Source of the DNA: Candidatus Bipolaricaulia bacterium
GTDB lineage: Bacteria > Bipolaricaulota > Bipolaricaulia > JBHIAT01
Direction: 5' to 3'
DNA length: 30,211 nucleotides
Assembly: GCA_046758705.1 (NCBI GenBank)
Contig: JBHIAT010000024.1
Coordinates: 1-30,211, forward strand
Shown: positions 1 through 9,722 of the stretch, piece after piece
Layout of the letters: each line of letters opens with the position of its first letter
Position numbering within the stretch: position 1 is the stretch's first letter
Program-made: the position numbers and the translations under genes
Notes under the pieces: model-generated
The model's database searches: none
Told to the model about the DNA's origin: nothing
The model's input: only the letters and a program-made list of their open reading frames with translations

Positions 1-8
1 TGAGACAT
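1..8 (-). CDS. Start of a downstream gene running off the window edge (partial)
   Basis: Minus strand reads GGAAAGGGAGGAAAGC-ATG-TCT-CA, a strong SD plus ATG just after the ackA stop. Product unknown. Confidence 0.45.
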
Positions 9-55
9 GCTTTCCTCCCTTTCCTGCAAAAATCTGAAAAGATAATGTTTTTATA

Positions 56-1297
56 TTAATCTCGATCTCGACGCAGACGTCGCAAGGTATCGTGGGCGAT
101 GATCACCGCCTCATCGACTGGGATGACATAGGCGTGGATCTTCGCATCGTCGGCGCTGATCTTGCCTTCGGATCCCATCGTTGCCGCATTACGCTCTGGG
201 TCAAGGGTCAGCCCGAACCAATCCATGCCCTCACAGACCAGGGTTCGCACCGAGGGCGCGTTCTCGCCAATACCGCCGCCGAAAAGGACCGCATCCGCTC
301 CGCCGAGGGCTACCAGATATGCCCCGATGTACTTGCGGACTCTATAACAAAACATATCGATCGCCAGGGCGGCACGGGCGTCTCCCCGACGTTCCGCCTC
401 CAACAGATCTCGCATGTCCTGGGAGCGTCCTGACACCCCGAGAAGCCCCGACCTCCTGTTGAGCCAGTCCTCTACCTCCTCGAGCTCTACACCCTCGCGG
501 CGGGCCAGGTAGCCCACCAGGGAGGGGTCAACATCTCCTGATCGCGTCCCCATCATCAGTCCTTCCAGTGGAGTGAATCCCATAGAGGTGTCCAACGAGC
601 GCCCACCCGCAATCGCCGTGGCCGAACATCCGTTGCCCAGTTGCAGTGTTATCAGCATCAGATCCTCCATAGGAGTGGAGGTGACGGCCGCGTAGCGTTC
701 GGCCATGTAGCGATGTGCCAACCCATGGAAACCGAAGCGCTGGATGTGGTGCTTCTCAGCCAATTCCTGTGAGATAGGATATCGAGACGCTCTCTCTGGC
801 AAGGTCCGGTGAAACAGGGTGTCAAAAGTCGCCACCATCGGGATGGCGGCACCTAGCTCCGCCCTGGCAGCGTGGATGGCCTCTATAGAAGGTCCGTTGT
901 GTAGCGGGGCCAGATCGCTTAGCGCCTCGATGGCACCTATGATATCCTCATCGATGAGCGTGGGTTCATAGAAACGGTCGCCGCCGTGCACCACCCTGTG
1001 ACCAACCGCCTGAATCCCGTCAGGTTCGAGGAAGCCAATGGAGTCCAGCCAAGTGAGTACCCGGCGCATGGCCTCACCGTGGTCGGAAACGACCGCCGCC
1101 TCTCGCCGGCGTTCGCCGTTCTCTGCAATGAACCTGATGGACCCTCGGCCGCCGATACGCTCTACGGTGCCTCGGGCGAGCTGTCGCTCCTTGCCGAGGA
1201 TTTCCCCTTCCTCTCCTCGTTCCACCTCGACGACGTGAAACTTCAAGGTTGAACTGCCACAGTTGATAACCAGTACCCTCATCGAATCGGTTGCCAT
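56..1297 (-). CDS. ackA: Acetate kinase
   Basis: Motifs VINCGSSTLKF, GHRVVHGG, APLHN, FDTLFH, FGFHG, LGNG, SMGFTPLEGLMMGTRSG and GGIGEN. Confidence 0.96.
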   Translation of the reverse strand: MATDSMRVLVINCGSSTLKFHVVEVERGEEGEILGKERQLARGTVERIGGRGSIRFIAENGERRREAAVVSDHGEAMRRVLTWLDSIGFLEPDGIQAVGHRVVHGGDRFYEPTLIDEDIIGAIEALSDLAPLHNGPSIEAIHAARAELGAAIPMVATFDTLFHRTLPERASRYPISQELAEKHHIQRFGFHGLAHRYMAERYAAVTSTPMEDLMLITLQLGNGCSATAIAGGRSLDTSMGFTPLEGLMMGTRSGDVDPSLVGYLARREGVELEEVEDWLNRRSGLLGVSGRSQDMRDLLEAERRGDARAALAIDMFCYRVRKYIGAYLVALGGADAVLFGGGIGENAPSVRTLVCEGMDWFGLTLDPERNAATMGSEGKISADDAKIHAYVIPVDEAVIIAHDTLRRLRRDRD

Positions 1298-1321
1298 TGC
1301 ATTTCATGCGAACGTGACCAA

Positions 1322-1393
1322 ATTATACGCCTACGAGTAGCGAAAGCACTGTAAGACGACTTACAGACAGACGCCACGAATTCGGCGCATAAT
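1322..1393. promoter_or_regulatory. Bidirectional promoter with a central palindrome CTGTAA-N6-TTACAG (CRP/FNR/NtcA-type site)
   Basis: Palindrome at 1349-1366. Minus-strand TATAAT at 1327-1322 and plus-strand CATAAT at 1388-1393 are equidistant from it. The same motif recurs at 3629-3646. Confidence 0.65.
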
Positions 1394-1401
1394 GACATCA
1401 T

Positions 1402-1584
1402 GTTGAACGATCTATCACCGAATTGTCAAACCATCCGAGGGAGGAAGACCCGAATCGAGATGGCCTGAACCGGACGCCGGAACGTGTGGCTCGTATGTAC
1501 GATGAACTCCTTATCGGGTATACCATCGATCCTGATAAGTTCATGGCCCATCTGGAACGCGGCACAGCGAGTCACCTGTTTTAG
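1402..1584 (+). pseudogene. folE: GTP cyclohydrolase I N-terminal remnant
   Basis: The frame from 1441 reads EEDPNRDGLNRTPERVARMYDELLIGYTIDP, matching the FolE N-terminal motif GEDPxRxGLxxTPxRVARMY. There is no proper start, and it stops at 1584 without the catalytic domain. Confidence 0.75.
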
Positions 1585-1677
1585 CCGCGCTTTGGGGGTG
1601 TGGTGCGCGGCCAGCAAATTTCTGATATCATAGGAGAGACCGATGGTGGCCCGACTAAAAGGAGGTTGAAGAGAACC

Positions 1678-2769
1678 ATGTCCACCAAAACGTCCACCCA
1701 AGTCGATAGGATTGTAGCGCTTCTCGGTTCGGAGGCTGACAGTTTACTGAGCCATGAATGCAAGACGGTCTCCAAAGAGCGATTGAACCTACCTGGCCCG
1801 GACTTCGTCGACCGGCTGGTCGTGGCCTCAGACCGCCCGACGCCGGTTCTAAGGAGCTTCCAGACTCTGTTCGACCACGGACGGCTGAGCGGCACCGGGT
1901 ACGTTTCCATCCTTCCCATCGATCAGGGTATCGAGCACTCAGCCGGGGCTTCGTTCGCTCCTAATCCGATCTTTTTCGATCCGGAGAACATTGTCAGATT
2001 GGCAATCGAGGGCGGTTGCAATGGGGTGGCCTCCACCCTGGGTGTCCTCGGATCCGTGGCCAGAAAGTACGCTCACAAGATCCCGTTCATCGTCAAAATC
2101 AACCACAATGAGCTGCTGAGTTACCCGAACAAATACGACCAGATCCTATTTGCGACCGTCAAACAGGCCAAAGACTTAGGGGCGATCGGGGTCGGGGCGA
2201 CCGTCTATTACGGCTCTCCCGAATCGAATCGCCAGATCACCGAGATCAGCGAAGCGTTTCAAATCGCGCACGAGATGGGCATGATCACCATCCTGTGGTG
2301 CTACCTGCGCAACGCTGTGTTCAAGGTAGATGGCGTCGATTATCACGCCAGCGCAGACCTGACCGGACAGGCCAACCACCTCGGGGTGACGATTGAGGCT
2401 GACATCATAAAACAAAAGCAGGCCACCAACAATAATGGTTACCCCGCGGTGAGTCGCGCGCAGGGGCCCCCCTTCGGCGTGACCAGCGATCGGGTTTATA
2501 CGGAACTGACCTCGGATCATCCCATCGACCTGGTTCGCTATCAGATCGTTAACTGCTACATGGGCAGGGCTGGATTGATCAATTCGGGAGGGGCCTCAGG
2601 TGAGAATGACCTGGCGCAAGCCGTCAGGACGGCCGTCATCAATAAGCGTGCCGGTGGGATGGGGTTGATCAGCGGCAGGAAAGCCTTCCAGAAACCGTTC
2701 GAGCAAGGCATCGAAATCCTGAATGCGATTCAGGATGTCTATCTGCGCTCTGAAGTCACCGTCGCCTAG
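1678..2769 (+). CDS. fbaB: Class I fructose-bisphosphate aldolase (DhnA/FbaB type)
   Basis: Motifs [45 protein letters not shown] and GRKAFQ. SD AGGAGGT precedes the ATG at 1678. Confidence 0.95.
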   Translation: MSTKTSTQVDRIVALLGSEADSLLSHECKTVSKERLNLPGPDFVDRLVVASDRPTPVLRSFQTLFDHGRLSGTGYVSILPIDQGIEHSAGASFAPNPIFFDPENIVRLAIEGGCNGVASTLGVLGSVARKYAHKIPFIVKINHNELLSYPNKYDQILFATVKQAKDLGAIGVGATVYYGSPESNRQITEISEAFQIAHEMGMITILWCYLRNAVFKVDGVDYHASADLTGQANHLGVTIEADIIKQKQATNNNGYPAVSRAQGPPFGVTSDRVYTELTSDHPIDLVRYQIVNCYMGRAGLINSGGASGENDLAQAVRTAVINKRAGGMGLISGRKAFQKPFEQGIEILNAIQDVYLRSEVTVA

Positions 2770-2803
2770 CTCCTACTAGGGACTGATCGAAGGGCGAAGC
2801 ATC

Positions 2804-3610
2804 ATGAGCGATGAGTACGAACTGATCGTTTTCGATCTGGATGGCACGTTACTGGGCCCGGATCTGAAGATCGATCCACGCGTGGTCGAGCAACTCCACA
2901 GGCTCCGTGCCCACGGTGTCCAGACCACCCTGGCCACCGGCAGGATTCTCAAGGCGGCCGCCCCGTTCATCGAACAACTCGACATCGACATCCCGGTCAT
3001 CTTGTACAACGGGGCGGTGATCATCGACCCCGAGACGCGGAAGATCCTGTACCAGCAGCGCCTCCCCCGTGAGAGTGCCGCATTGGCGCTTCGGCTGGTG
3101 AAAGACTACGACCTTCACCCGGAACTCTATGTTGAACCGACCGATGACGTCTTCTACGTAGAGAAGATCACCGAGCCGATCGCGCGGTTTATCGCCAACG
3201 ATCGGATCGCCGGTGTCGAGGTCGAAGATCTCGAGGCGCTGCTGACAGTCGATCCGATCAAGATCCTGATCGTCGGCGATCGCGCCACGGAGTTGCGGTT
3301 CCGTGACCGATACCTGGCACACCGGCCGGTGGCGACGATCACCCTGTCCGGCGCACCGGGATTGCCCCTGCTCGAGGTCCTGCCGCCAAAGGCCTCCAAG
3401 GGCACGGCACTTATCGAGCTCTGTCAACGATTGGGGGTCCCACTCGAACGGACCGTCGCCTTTGGGGATAATATGAACGACGCCGAGATGCTCACGGCCG
3501 CCGGCCTGGGGGTCGCGATGGCCGATGCCCCCGAAGCGTTGCGCACCCAGGCCGGACTCATCGCCGAAGATGGCATCCACCAAATACTTGAGGCGATTTT
3601 CAGCGCCTGA
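2804..3610 (+). CDS. Cof-type HAD-superfamily hydrolase (subfamily IIB)
   Basis: Motif I FDLDGTL, motif II ATGR, SKG lysine and motif IV FGDNMND. Confidence 0.92.
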   Translation: MSDEYELIVFDLDGTLLGPDLKIDPRVVEQLHRLRAHGVQTTLATGRILKAAAPFIEQLDIDIPVILYNGAVIIDPETRKILYQQRLPRESAALALRLVKDYDLHPELYVEPTDDVFYVEKITEPIARFIANDRIAGVEVEDLEALLTVDPIKILIVGDRATELRFRDRYLAHRPVATITLSGAPGLPLLEVLPPKASKGTALIELCQRLGVPLERTVAFGDNMNDAEMLTAAGLGVAMADAPEALRTQAGLIAEDGIHQILEAIFSA

Positions 3611-3627
3611 TGCAACCTATTACCCCT

Positions 3628-3672
3628 ACTGTAACTCCGATTACAGACAGCTACCACACCGCCTGAGATAAT
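3628..3672 (+). promoter_or_regulatory. Second CTGTAA-N6-TTACAG site with a downstream -10 box
   Basis: ACTGTAACTCCGATTACAGACAG at 3628-3650 and GATAAT at 3667-3672, which centres the site at about -41.5. SD AGGAGGG precedes 3720. Confidence 0.6.
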
Positions 3673-3719
3673 TTATGTAAGGTTATACCAAGGAACTGTA
3701 TTTAGGAGGGAATCCATAC

Positions 3720-4886
3720 ATGAGTTTGAGTTACGGGTTCACACGGCGAGAATTTCTCAGGCGTTCAGCGGGGTTGGTAGCGTTCCTCGGGCTGGGTCCG
3801 GTCAGCGTCGTCACGAAAATCGCTCAGGCACAGACGGCGTTCGATTGGCAGGTGGAAGTGGTCGACGAAGGTGCGTCCAAACCGGTGCTGGCTCTGGACG
3901 TCGAAGGCAGACCCCATATCGCCTATATGCTGGAAGCGCAGCGAGGCTTCCTGAAGCATGCGGTCAAACAAGGATCCGAATGGAACATCTCCACGATCAC
4001 CGTGGATTATCTCTATGGACCACCGGCGATCACCGTGGACGGTGTCACCCCACACATTACCTACCATAACCACACATTCGAGGATCAGATCCACGCCAGC
4101 TTTGACGGTTCCCGGTGGGTCAACACACGGATCTCCCACTCCGGTCACGACGGCTGGGACAACTCCCTCATCGTCGACAGCCAGGGGAAGATTCACGCGA
4201 GCAGTGTCGATCCGAGCGGGTTCGGAGGCGCCGGGATCGAATATGCGGTCTTCGACGGTGAGAGGTGGCAGGTGGAGAGGGTCGGAACAAGGGTCATGTA
4301 TGCGTTCGGAACCTCGATCGCGCTGAACCCCCAGGGCGAACCCCGGATCACTTTCTTCAATGATCAGGGTGGAGCCCTGTTCTACGCGTCTCGTGAGGCA
4401 GGACGTTGGCGTACACAGATCGTGGACGGGGATCTCAACGATCGCGCCCGGGGCACCGGCATGTTCTCATCGCTGCGTTTCGATAGCCGGGGCGAACCGG
4501 TGATCAGCTACTACGAACACACCAGCCGAAGTGGCGGCATGATCAAATTGGCAACTCGTGTGGGTGATGTCTGGGAGATCCAAGAGATCGATCGGTTGAA
4601 TAACGTAAGCCTGGGATTCGTCGGGGCACGCAACCTGACCTCTCTCGTCCTGGACGAAGCGGATCGCCCTCGGATCAGTTACTCAGACGAGCGTATGCTG
4701 AAACTGGCACTCTATGACGGAACGGCCTGGAACATCGAAACAGCGATATCGAACCCCGAACGACCGCTCGGTCAGATGACGTCACTCGACTACAATGGCG
4801 AGGCGTTCCACATCGCTACCTTCGATGTCGCGTCCCAAAGCCCGTTGAACGGACGAATCCTCTACATTCGCGGTGTTCCAAGATAA
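3720..4886 (+). CDS. Tat-exported repeat (beta-propeller-like) protein
   Basis: Twin-arginine signal FTRREFLRR, hydrophobic core and AQA cleavage site, then repeated W-x-x-E-x-V-D...S-L-x-L-D-x-x-G-x-P-x-I-x-Y units. Confidence 0.75.
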   Translation: MSLSYGFTRREFLRRSAGLVAFLGLGPVSVVTKIAQAQTAFDWQVEVVDEGASKPVLALDVEGRPHIAYMLEAQRGFLKHAVKQGSEWNISTITVDYLYGPPAITVDGVTPHITYHNHTFEDQIHASFDGSRWVNTRISHSGHDGWDNSLIVDSQGKIHASSVDPSGFGGAGIEYAVFDGERWQVERVGTRVMYAFGTSIALNPQGEPRITFFNDQGGALFYASREAGRWRTQIVDGDLNDRARGTGMFSSLRFDSRGEPVISYYEHTSRSGGMIKLATRVGDVWEIQEIDRLNNVSLGFVGARNLTSLVLDEADRPRISYSDERMLKLALYDGTAWNIETAISNPERPLGQMTSLDYNGEAFHIATFDVASQSPLNGRILYIRGVPR

Positions 4887-4904
4887 TACGGAGGTAGAAG
4901 CAGA

Positions 4905-5975
4905 ATGCGCTTAAGACGCATCCTCATCGTGACCTCTATCATCGCTGTGATCATCGTCGGGGTCATCTTCCTTCAGAACAACCTGCTGGATCGCGGACTG
5001 CGGATCTCGGCCGACACCCCGGCGGTCGTCGACCCGCGTGAGCTGATCCTGGGATGCCTGGCGGGGAAGGACTGTATCCCGTCGATCGACAACCCCCAAT
5101 TCACTTCGGTCAAACAGGCGGATCAGTGGGTTCACAACGAGAATCTCGTCCTGGTTGCGATCCACAACGGCATTACCAAGGCGTATCCGATCCGGATCCT
5201 CAACTGGCATGAGATCGTCAACGATGATTTCAACGGGGTTCCAGTGGCAGTCACCTATTGCCCGTTGTGCAACAGCGGAGCTGCCTTCATCCGTATACTC
5301 AACGGGGCGCCGGTGGAGTTTGGCGTCTCTGGACGGTTGCGCAATTCGGACTTGGTGATGTTCGATCGCACGACCGAAACTCTCTGGCAGCAGATTACTG
5401 GGGAGGGGCTCATCGGGTCACTCGCCGGAGAGTTGCTGGAAAAGATTCCCGTTGACATGGTCCTTTGGGGTGACTGGAAGGAAGCTAATCCCGACGCCCA
5501 AGTCCTGTCGCGTCAGACAGGATTCGCTCGGGACTACAACGCCGATCCGTACGACGGTTACAAGGTAAGCGACGATGTTTCGTTCGGAACCCGGTTCACC
5601 GATCAGCGCCTCCGGCCTAAAGAGAACGTGATCGGTGTGGTCGTCAACGGTCAGGCTAAAGCCTACACCGTCGAGGCACTGAACCGGCTTAAGCTGGTGA
5701 ACGACGAGCTCGGCGGTGAGCCGATCCTGCTGGTTGTCGATTCCGATTCCGGGGTGAAGCGGGTCTTCAAGCGCGAGTTCGACGGCACGGCCCTGGAGTT
5801 CACCCTGAAGGACGGAGCGTTGATCGATCTGGGGACGAACAGCGTCTGGAACTTCACCGGGCAGGCGGTCTCAGGAGAGCTGAGCGGGGTACAGTTGGAA
5901 GAGATCATCAGCGATCCAGGCTTCTGGTTCGCCTGGGCTGCCTTCTTCCCGGAGACCGATCTGTTCAACGGGTGA
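4905..5975 (+). CDS. DUF3179 family membrane-anchored protein
   Basis: N-terminal TM helix, then KDCIPSIDNP, AYP, WHEIVND, TYCPLC, FGVSGRL, DRxTxTLWQQ and FWFAWAAFFP. Confidence 0.85.
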   Translation: MRLRRILIVTSIIAVIIVGVIFLQNNLLDRGLRISADTPAVVDPRELILGCLAGKDCIPSIDNPQFTSVKQADQWVHNENLVLVAIHNGITKAYPIRILNWHEIVNDDFNGVPVAVTYCPLCNSGAAFIRILNGAPVEFGVSGRLRNSDLVMFDRTTETLWQQITGEGLIGSLAGELLEKIPVDMVLWGDWKEANPDAQVLSRQTGFARDYNADPYDGYKVSDDVSFGTRFTDQRLRPKENVIGVVVNGQAKAYTVEALNRLKLVNDELGGEPILLVVDSDSGVKRVFKREFDGTALEFTLKDGALIDLGTNSVWNFTGQAVSGELSGVQLEEIISDPGFWFAWAAFFPETDLFNG

Positions 5976-7143
5976 CGCCTCTCGGCAGCTTGAGCACCAG
6001 CAGAACGCCGAGAACGGGAATCGCGGCGACGAGATACAGAGCGCCGGTCACACCGATCGCATCGGCGAGTATCCCGATCAACGGCAGCATGAGTCCGCCC
6101 GTCCCGAACGCGAACCCCATCATCAACGATGACACCGTCCCGGCACTTTGAGGGACCAGCTCCTGAGCCATCACGATGTTCACCGGGATTGAGGAGAGCA
6201 AGGTCATCCCCGCCAGTGCCAGCAGGATGAGCGCCCCTGTCCCGCTCCCATGCAGGAACAGATAGAGCAACGGAACCGGAAAGACGAGAGAGAGCAGCAC
6301 CACCCACCATCCACCGAGGCGATCGGAAAGGTAACCGCCCAGTGGCCCACCGACCGCGCCAGAGGCGAGGAAGACGGTGATCGCCGCTCCTCCGATCATG
6401 AGCGACGCGCCTCGTTCCTCGAAGAGCAGCGCCAGGAAGGTGGCAAACCCCATGGCCGTCATCGAGCGGAGTGCCGCGATCGCCCACAACAACAGCAACG
6501 ACTTGAGGTGAGGTCGAACGACGACCCGCAGCCGAAACGACCCATCTTCCTCTCCCTCAGCAACGGAGGCGGGCGTTGTAGACGGGGCGAATCGGTAGAG
6601 CAGGACGGCGATGATCACGCCGGGCAGAATCGCCAGGTAAGTGCGATCCAACCCGTAAGCAAAGACGATCGGGAGAATGATCATCGGCCCGGTGGCATAG
6701 CCGACGGTTCCCCCGGCGCTGAAGATCGACAGCCCCAGCCCCCGCTGACTGCCGCTCCGCTGTCCGGCCATCACCGCCGCCTGAGGATGGAACGCGGCGA
6801 TCCCCACGCCCCCAAGCAGAACAACACCTATCAGCCAGGGATAGCTGGGAGCCAGGCCGATGGTGCTCAGCGACAGGGCGGCCAACAGCGGCCCGAACAC
6901 CACGAACGACCGCGTTCTCGATCGATCGGCCAGATACCCGTACACCGGCTGGATCAGCGACGAGGAGAAGCTCAGGGTCGAGGCCAGCGCCCCTGACAGG
7001 GCCAACGACAGATCGAATTTGACCACCAGGAGCGGCAGCAGCGGCGCCAAGAACCCCCCGTAGGAGTCGGTGATAAAATGACCTACAGCCAGCAGTGCCA
7101 CACTGTGTTTCTCAAGTTTGAGCTTGCCGATAGGCTGATACAT
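5965..7143 (-). CDS. MFS transporter (Fsr/fosmidomycin-resistance-like)
   Basis: About 12 TM helices with GHFITD, QPVYGYLADR, AAFHP and GGYLSDRLG. Confidence 0.88.
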   Translation of the reverse strand: MYQPIGKLKLEKHSVALLAVGHFITDSYGGFLAPLLPLLVVKFDLSLALSGALASTLSFSSSLIQPVYGYLADRSRTRSFVVFGPLLAALSLSTIGLAPSYPWLIGVVLLGGVGIAAFHPQAAVMAGQRSGSQRGLGLSIFSAGGTVGYATGPMIILPIVFAYGLDRTYLAILPGVIIAVLLYRFAPSTTPASVAEGEEDGSFRLRVVVRPHLKSLLLLWAIAALRSMTAMGFATFLALLFEERGASLMIGGAAITVFLASGAVGGPLGGYLSDRLGGWWVVLLSLVFPVPLLYLFLHGSGTGALILLALAGMTLLSSIPVNIVMAQELVPQSAGTVSSLMMGFAFGTGGLMLPLIGILADAIGVTGALYLVAAIPVLGVLLVLKLPRGVTR

Positions 7144-7228
7144 TATCGGATCGTTGTCCGGTATAATGACAACATAGCAGTTTAAAATCTCACGACAAAG
7201 AATTCAAGCGCAAGCGAGGCGATTCCCA

Positions 7229-7972
7229 ATGAGCGATGCAAAGACAGCCCTGGTGACCGGAGGTTCCCGGGGGATCGGCGCCGCGACGGCGATCCAGCTG
7301 GCCGAACAGGGGTACAACGTGGTCGTCAACTATCTCAATGATGAAGCGGCCGCCGCCCGGACCGCCGAGCGGATCGGAGCGGTGACCGACGCGATCGCGG
7401 TTCGGACCGACATCGCCGACCCGGATCAGGTGTGGGCAATGGTTGACCGCGCGACAACGACGTTCGGTGGGGTCCACGTCCTGGTGAACAACGCCGGTTT
7501 CTCCCAGCACGCGAATGTGGATGATCTGTCCCGATCCGATTGGCAACGCATGATCGACGTTGGACTGACCGGCGCGTTCCACTGCGTTCAGGCCGTGTTG
7601 TCGAGCATGCGGGAATCGAGGTGGGGGCGGATCGTCAACGTTTCGTCGCTGCGGGCGATGACCGGCTCGGATCACGGGGTCCACTATACCGCAGCCAAGG
7701 CTGGGATCATCGGACTGACCAAGGCGCTCGCCTTGGAGCTCGCCCCGGAGATCACCGTCAACGCCGTCTCTCCCGGCTATACCGCCACCGATATGAATCG
7801 TGCCGCGCTCGCCGATCCCGAGAAGCGTGCGACGATCGAGGCGAAGATCCCGCTCAAACGAATCGCTGAACCCCAAGAGGTCGCGGCGGTGATCGCCTTC
7901 TTGGCCTCAGAACAGGCGAGCTACATCACCGGAGAGACGATCAACGTCAACGGAGGAATCTACATCCGCTGA
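7229..7972 (+). CDS. Short-chain dehydrogenase/reductase (FabG-like)
   Basis: Motifs TGGSRGIG, NNAG, NVSS, YxxxK (YTAAK) and VSPG. Confidence 0.92.
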   Translation: MSDAKTALVTGGSRGIGAATAIQLAEQGYNVVVNYLNDEAAAARTAERIGAVTDAIAVRTDIADPDQVWAMVDRATTTFGGVHVLVNNAGFSQHANVDDLSRSDWQRMIDVGLTGAFHCVQAVLSSMRESRWGRIVNVSSLRAMTGSDHGVHYTAAKAGIIGLTKALALELAPEITVNAVSPGYTATDMNRAALADPEKRATIEAKIPLKRIAEPQEVAAVIAFLASEQASYITGETINVNGGIYIR

Positions 7973-7999
7973 TATATTTGAGAAACCCGGATTCAACAT

Positions 8000-9217
8000 A
8001 TGAGAACCAGATTTAAGAGGCCGTACACCATCCTTCTTCTGGTCAGTGTCGCCGAGTTCATGGCCATGTCCATCTGGTTCTCCTTCTCAGCGATTAAGCC
8101 ACTTATCGCCGACCAGTGGAACATCACCAACACCGACACCGGTCTCATCCTGGCCGCCTTCCAGACAGGGTACATCCTGGCCGTTCCTGTTATCGGCTAC
8201 CTGACAGACCTGTTCAACGTTCGCAGGGTGTTCGCTGTTTCCGCACTGCTGGCTGCTGGCCTCAATTTGGCCTTTGCACTTCTAGCCACCGGCATGACCT
8301 CCGCTCTTTTACTACGGTTTCTGGTGGGCATGGCGATGGCCGGTGTCTATACCCCCGGCATTAAGTTTCTTTCCTCCTGGTTCGAGCCACACCAGCGGGG
8401 ACGAGCGGTAGGCATCTTCGTGGGCGCCTTGGTGGCCGGCTCGGCCTCACCCTACCTTCTGGTTTCTCTGGCGGATGCCTGGGGTTGGCAGTCGCTGGTA
8501 TTCGTGACCGTAGGAGGTGCGGTGGCGGCGGCCTTGCTTATGGGCTTGGTCGTACCCGATGCCGATACCAAAGAGCTTCCTGCCAGCCGCCGCTACAACT
8601 TCCGCATCCTGACCAACAAGCCCATGACCTTGATGAATGCCGGCTACGTCTCCCACATGTGGGAGCTGTATGCCATGTGGGCGTGGATCGGACCTTTCCT
8701 GGTCTTCGCGTTCCTGAAGCAGGGCCACTCCATGGCGTCGGCCAATGCACTAGGCGGCCTGATCGCCTTTTTGATTGTGGCGGTCGGAGCCCCTGCCAGC
8801 GCCTTTGCCGGCATCCTCAGTGACAAGCTGGGTCGGACGCTGGTGGCCGGCCTATTTCTGGTCGTCAGTGGAGTCATCTCCCTGATATACGGGTTCCTGG
8901 CCCTGGCGCCCCTGGCGGTCATCGTGATCATCGGCCTGATATACGGCTTTGCCATCGTCGGCGACTCACCGGTGTTCTCCACCGGCATCACCGAGTTGGC
9001 ACCTGAGGAGAACGTGGGCGCCGTTCTCGGTGTGCAGTCGGTGCTAGGCTTTGGGATCACCATTGTGTCCACCTTCCTCTTCGGTGTGATCGTGGATCAC
9101 AGCGGCTGGGAGATGGCGTTTCTGACCCTGGGAATCGGCGCCCTGATTGGCCCACTGGCCATGGTCTGGCTACGCCGCCTCCCAGAGGCCCAAAAACTGG
9201 CAGGCGGCCGGCGTTAA
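8000..9217 (+). CDS. MFS transporter
   Basis: Twelve predicted TM segments, with GVYTPG, HMWELYAMWAW, GILSDKLGR and DSPVFST. Confidence 0.88.
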   Translation: MRTRFKRPYTILLLVSVAEFMAMSIWFSFSAIKPLIADQWNITNTDTGLILAAFQTGYILAVPVIGYLTDLFNVRRVFAVSALLAAGLNLAFALLATGMTSALLLRFLVGMAMAGVYTPGIKFLSSWFEPHQRGRAVGIFVGALVAGSASPYLLVSLADAWGWQSLVFVTVGGAVAAALLMGLVVPDADTKELPASRRYNFRILTNKPMTLMNAGYVSHMWELYAMWAWIGPFLVFAFLKQGHSMASANALGGLIAFLIVAVGAPASAFAGILSDKLGRTLVAGLFLVVSGVISLIYGFLALAPLAVIVIIGLIYGFAIVGDSPVFSTGITELAPEENVGAVLGVQSVLGFGITIVSTFLFGVIVDHSGWEMAFLTLGIGALIGPLAMVWLRRLPEAQKLAGGRR

Positions 9218-9279
9218 CGCCCACGGGAGAGAGACCGGCAACGTTGCAGTCATGCAGACTTGGAGTCTATACTTACATT

Positions 9280-9687
9280 ATGGATTTATATGTCGGTCAA
9301 AAAGCTACCCGTAGCATCACGCTCACAGTCGATCATGTGAAAAAATATGCCGAGATAACGGGTGATTACAACCCCCTCCATTTTGATGAAGCATTTGCCT
9401 CTAAGACTCAATTTAAAAAGTTAGTGGTTCAGGGAGGTTTAACCACCGGTCTTCTGCACGCATTGGTGGCCATGGAGGTTCCCGGGCCGGGCACGGTATT
9501 TCTCAGCCAAAACTGGCAATTTCCCGCCCCGGTCTACATTGGCGACACCATTACAGCCGAAGCGGAAATTGTGAAAATTCATGAGACCAAGCCCGTCATC
9601 CAGCTTAAAGTTAAAGTTGCCCGCCAAACCGGCGAAACCGTGCTCGAGGGAGAGGCCTGGTGCTATACGTTCCCGCCCGAAACTTAG
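9280..9687 (+). CDS. MaoC-family (R)-specific enoyl-CoA hydratase/dehydratase
   Basis: Motifs TGDYNPLH, PGPG and F-x-x-P-V-Y-I-G-D. The ATG at 9280 lies 6 nt after TATACT, so the transcript is probably leaderless. Confidence 0.88.
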   Translation: MDLYVGQKATRSITLTVDHVKKYAEITGDYNPLHFDEAFASKTQFKKLVVQGGLTTGLLHALVAMEVPGPGTVFLSQNWQFPAPVYIGDTITAEAEIVKIHETKPVIQLKVKVARQTGETVLEGEAWCYTFPPET

Positions 9688-9722
9688 TCTAATATGCCGG
9701 TTGCATATGTGAACGGAACCGA

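Noticed and set aside
5250..5275. DUF3179 as a selenoprotein
   Set aside because: Both CxxC positions are TGC codons, and there is no in-frame TGA.
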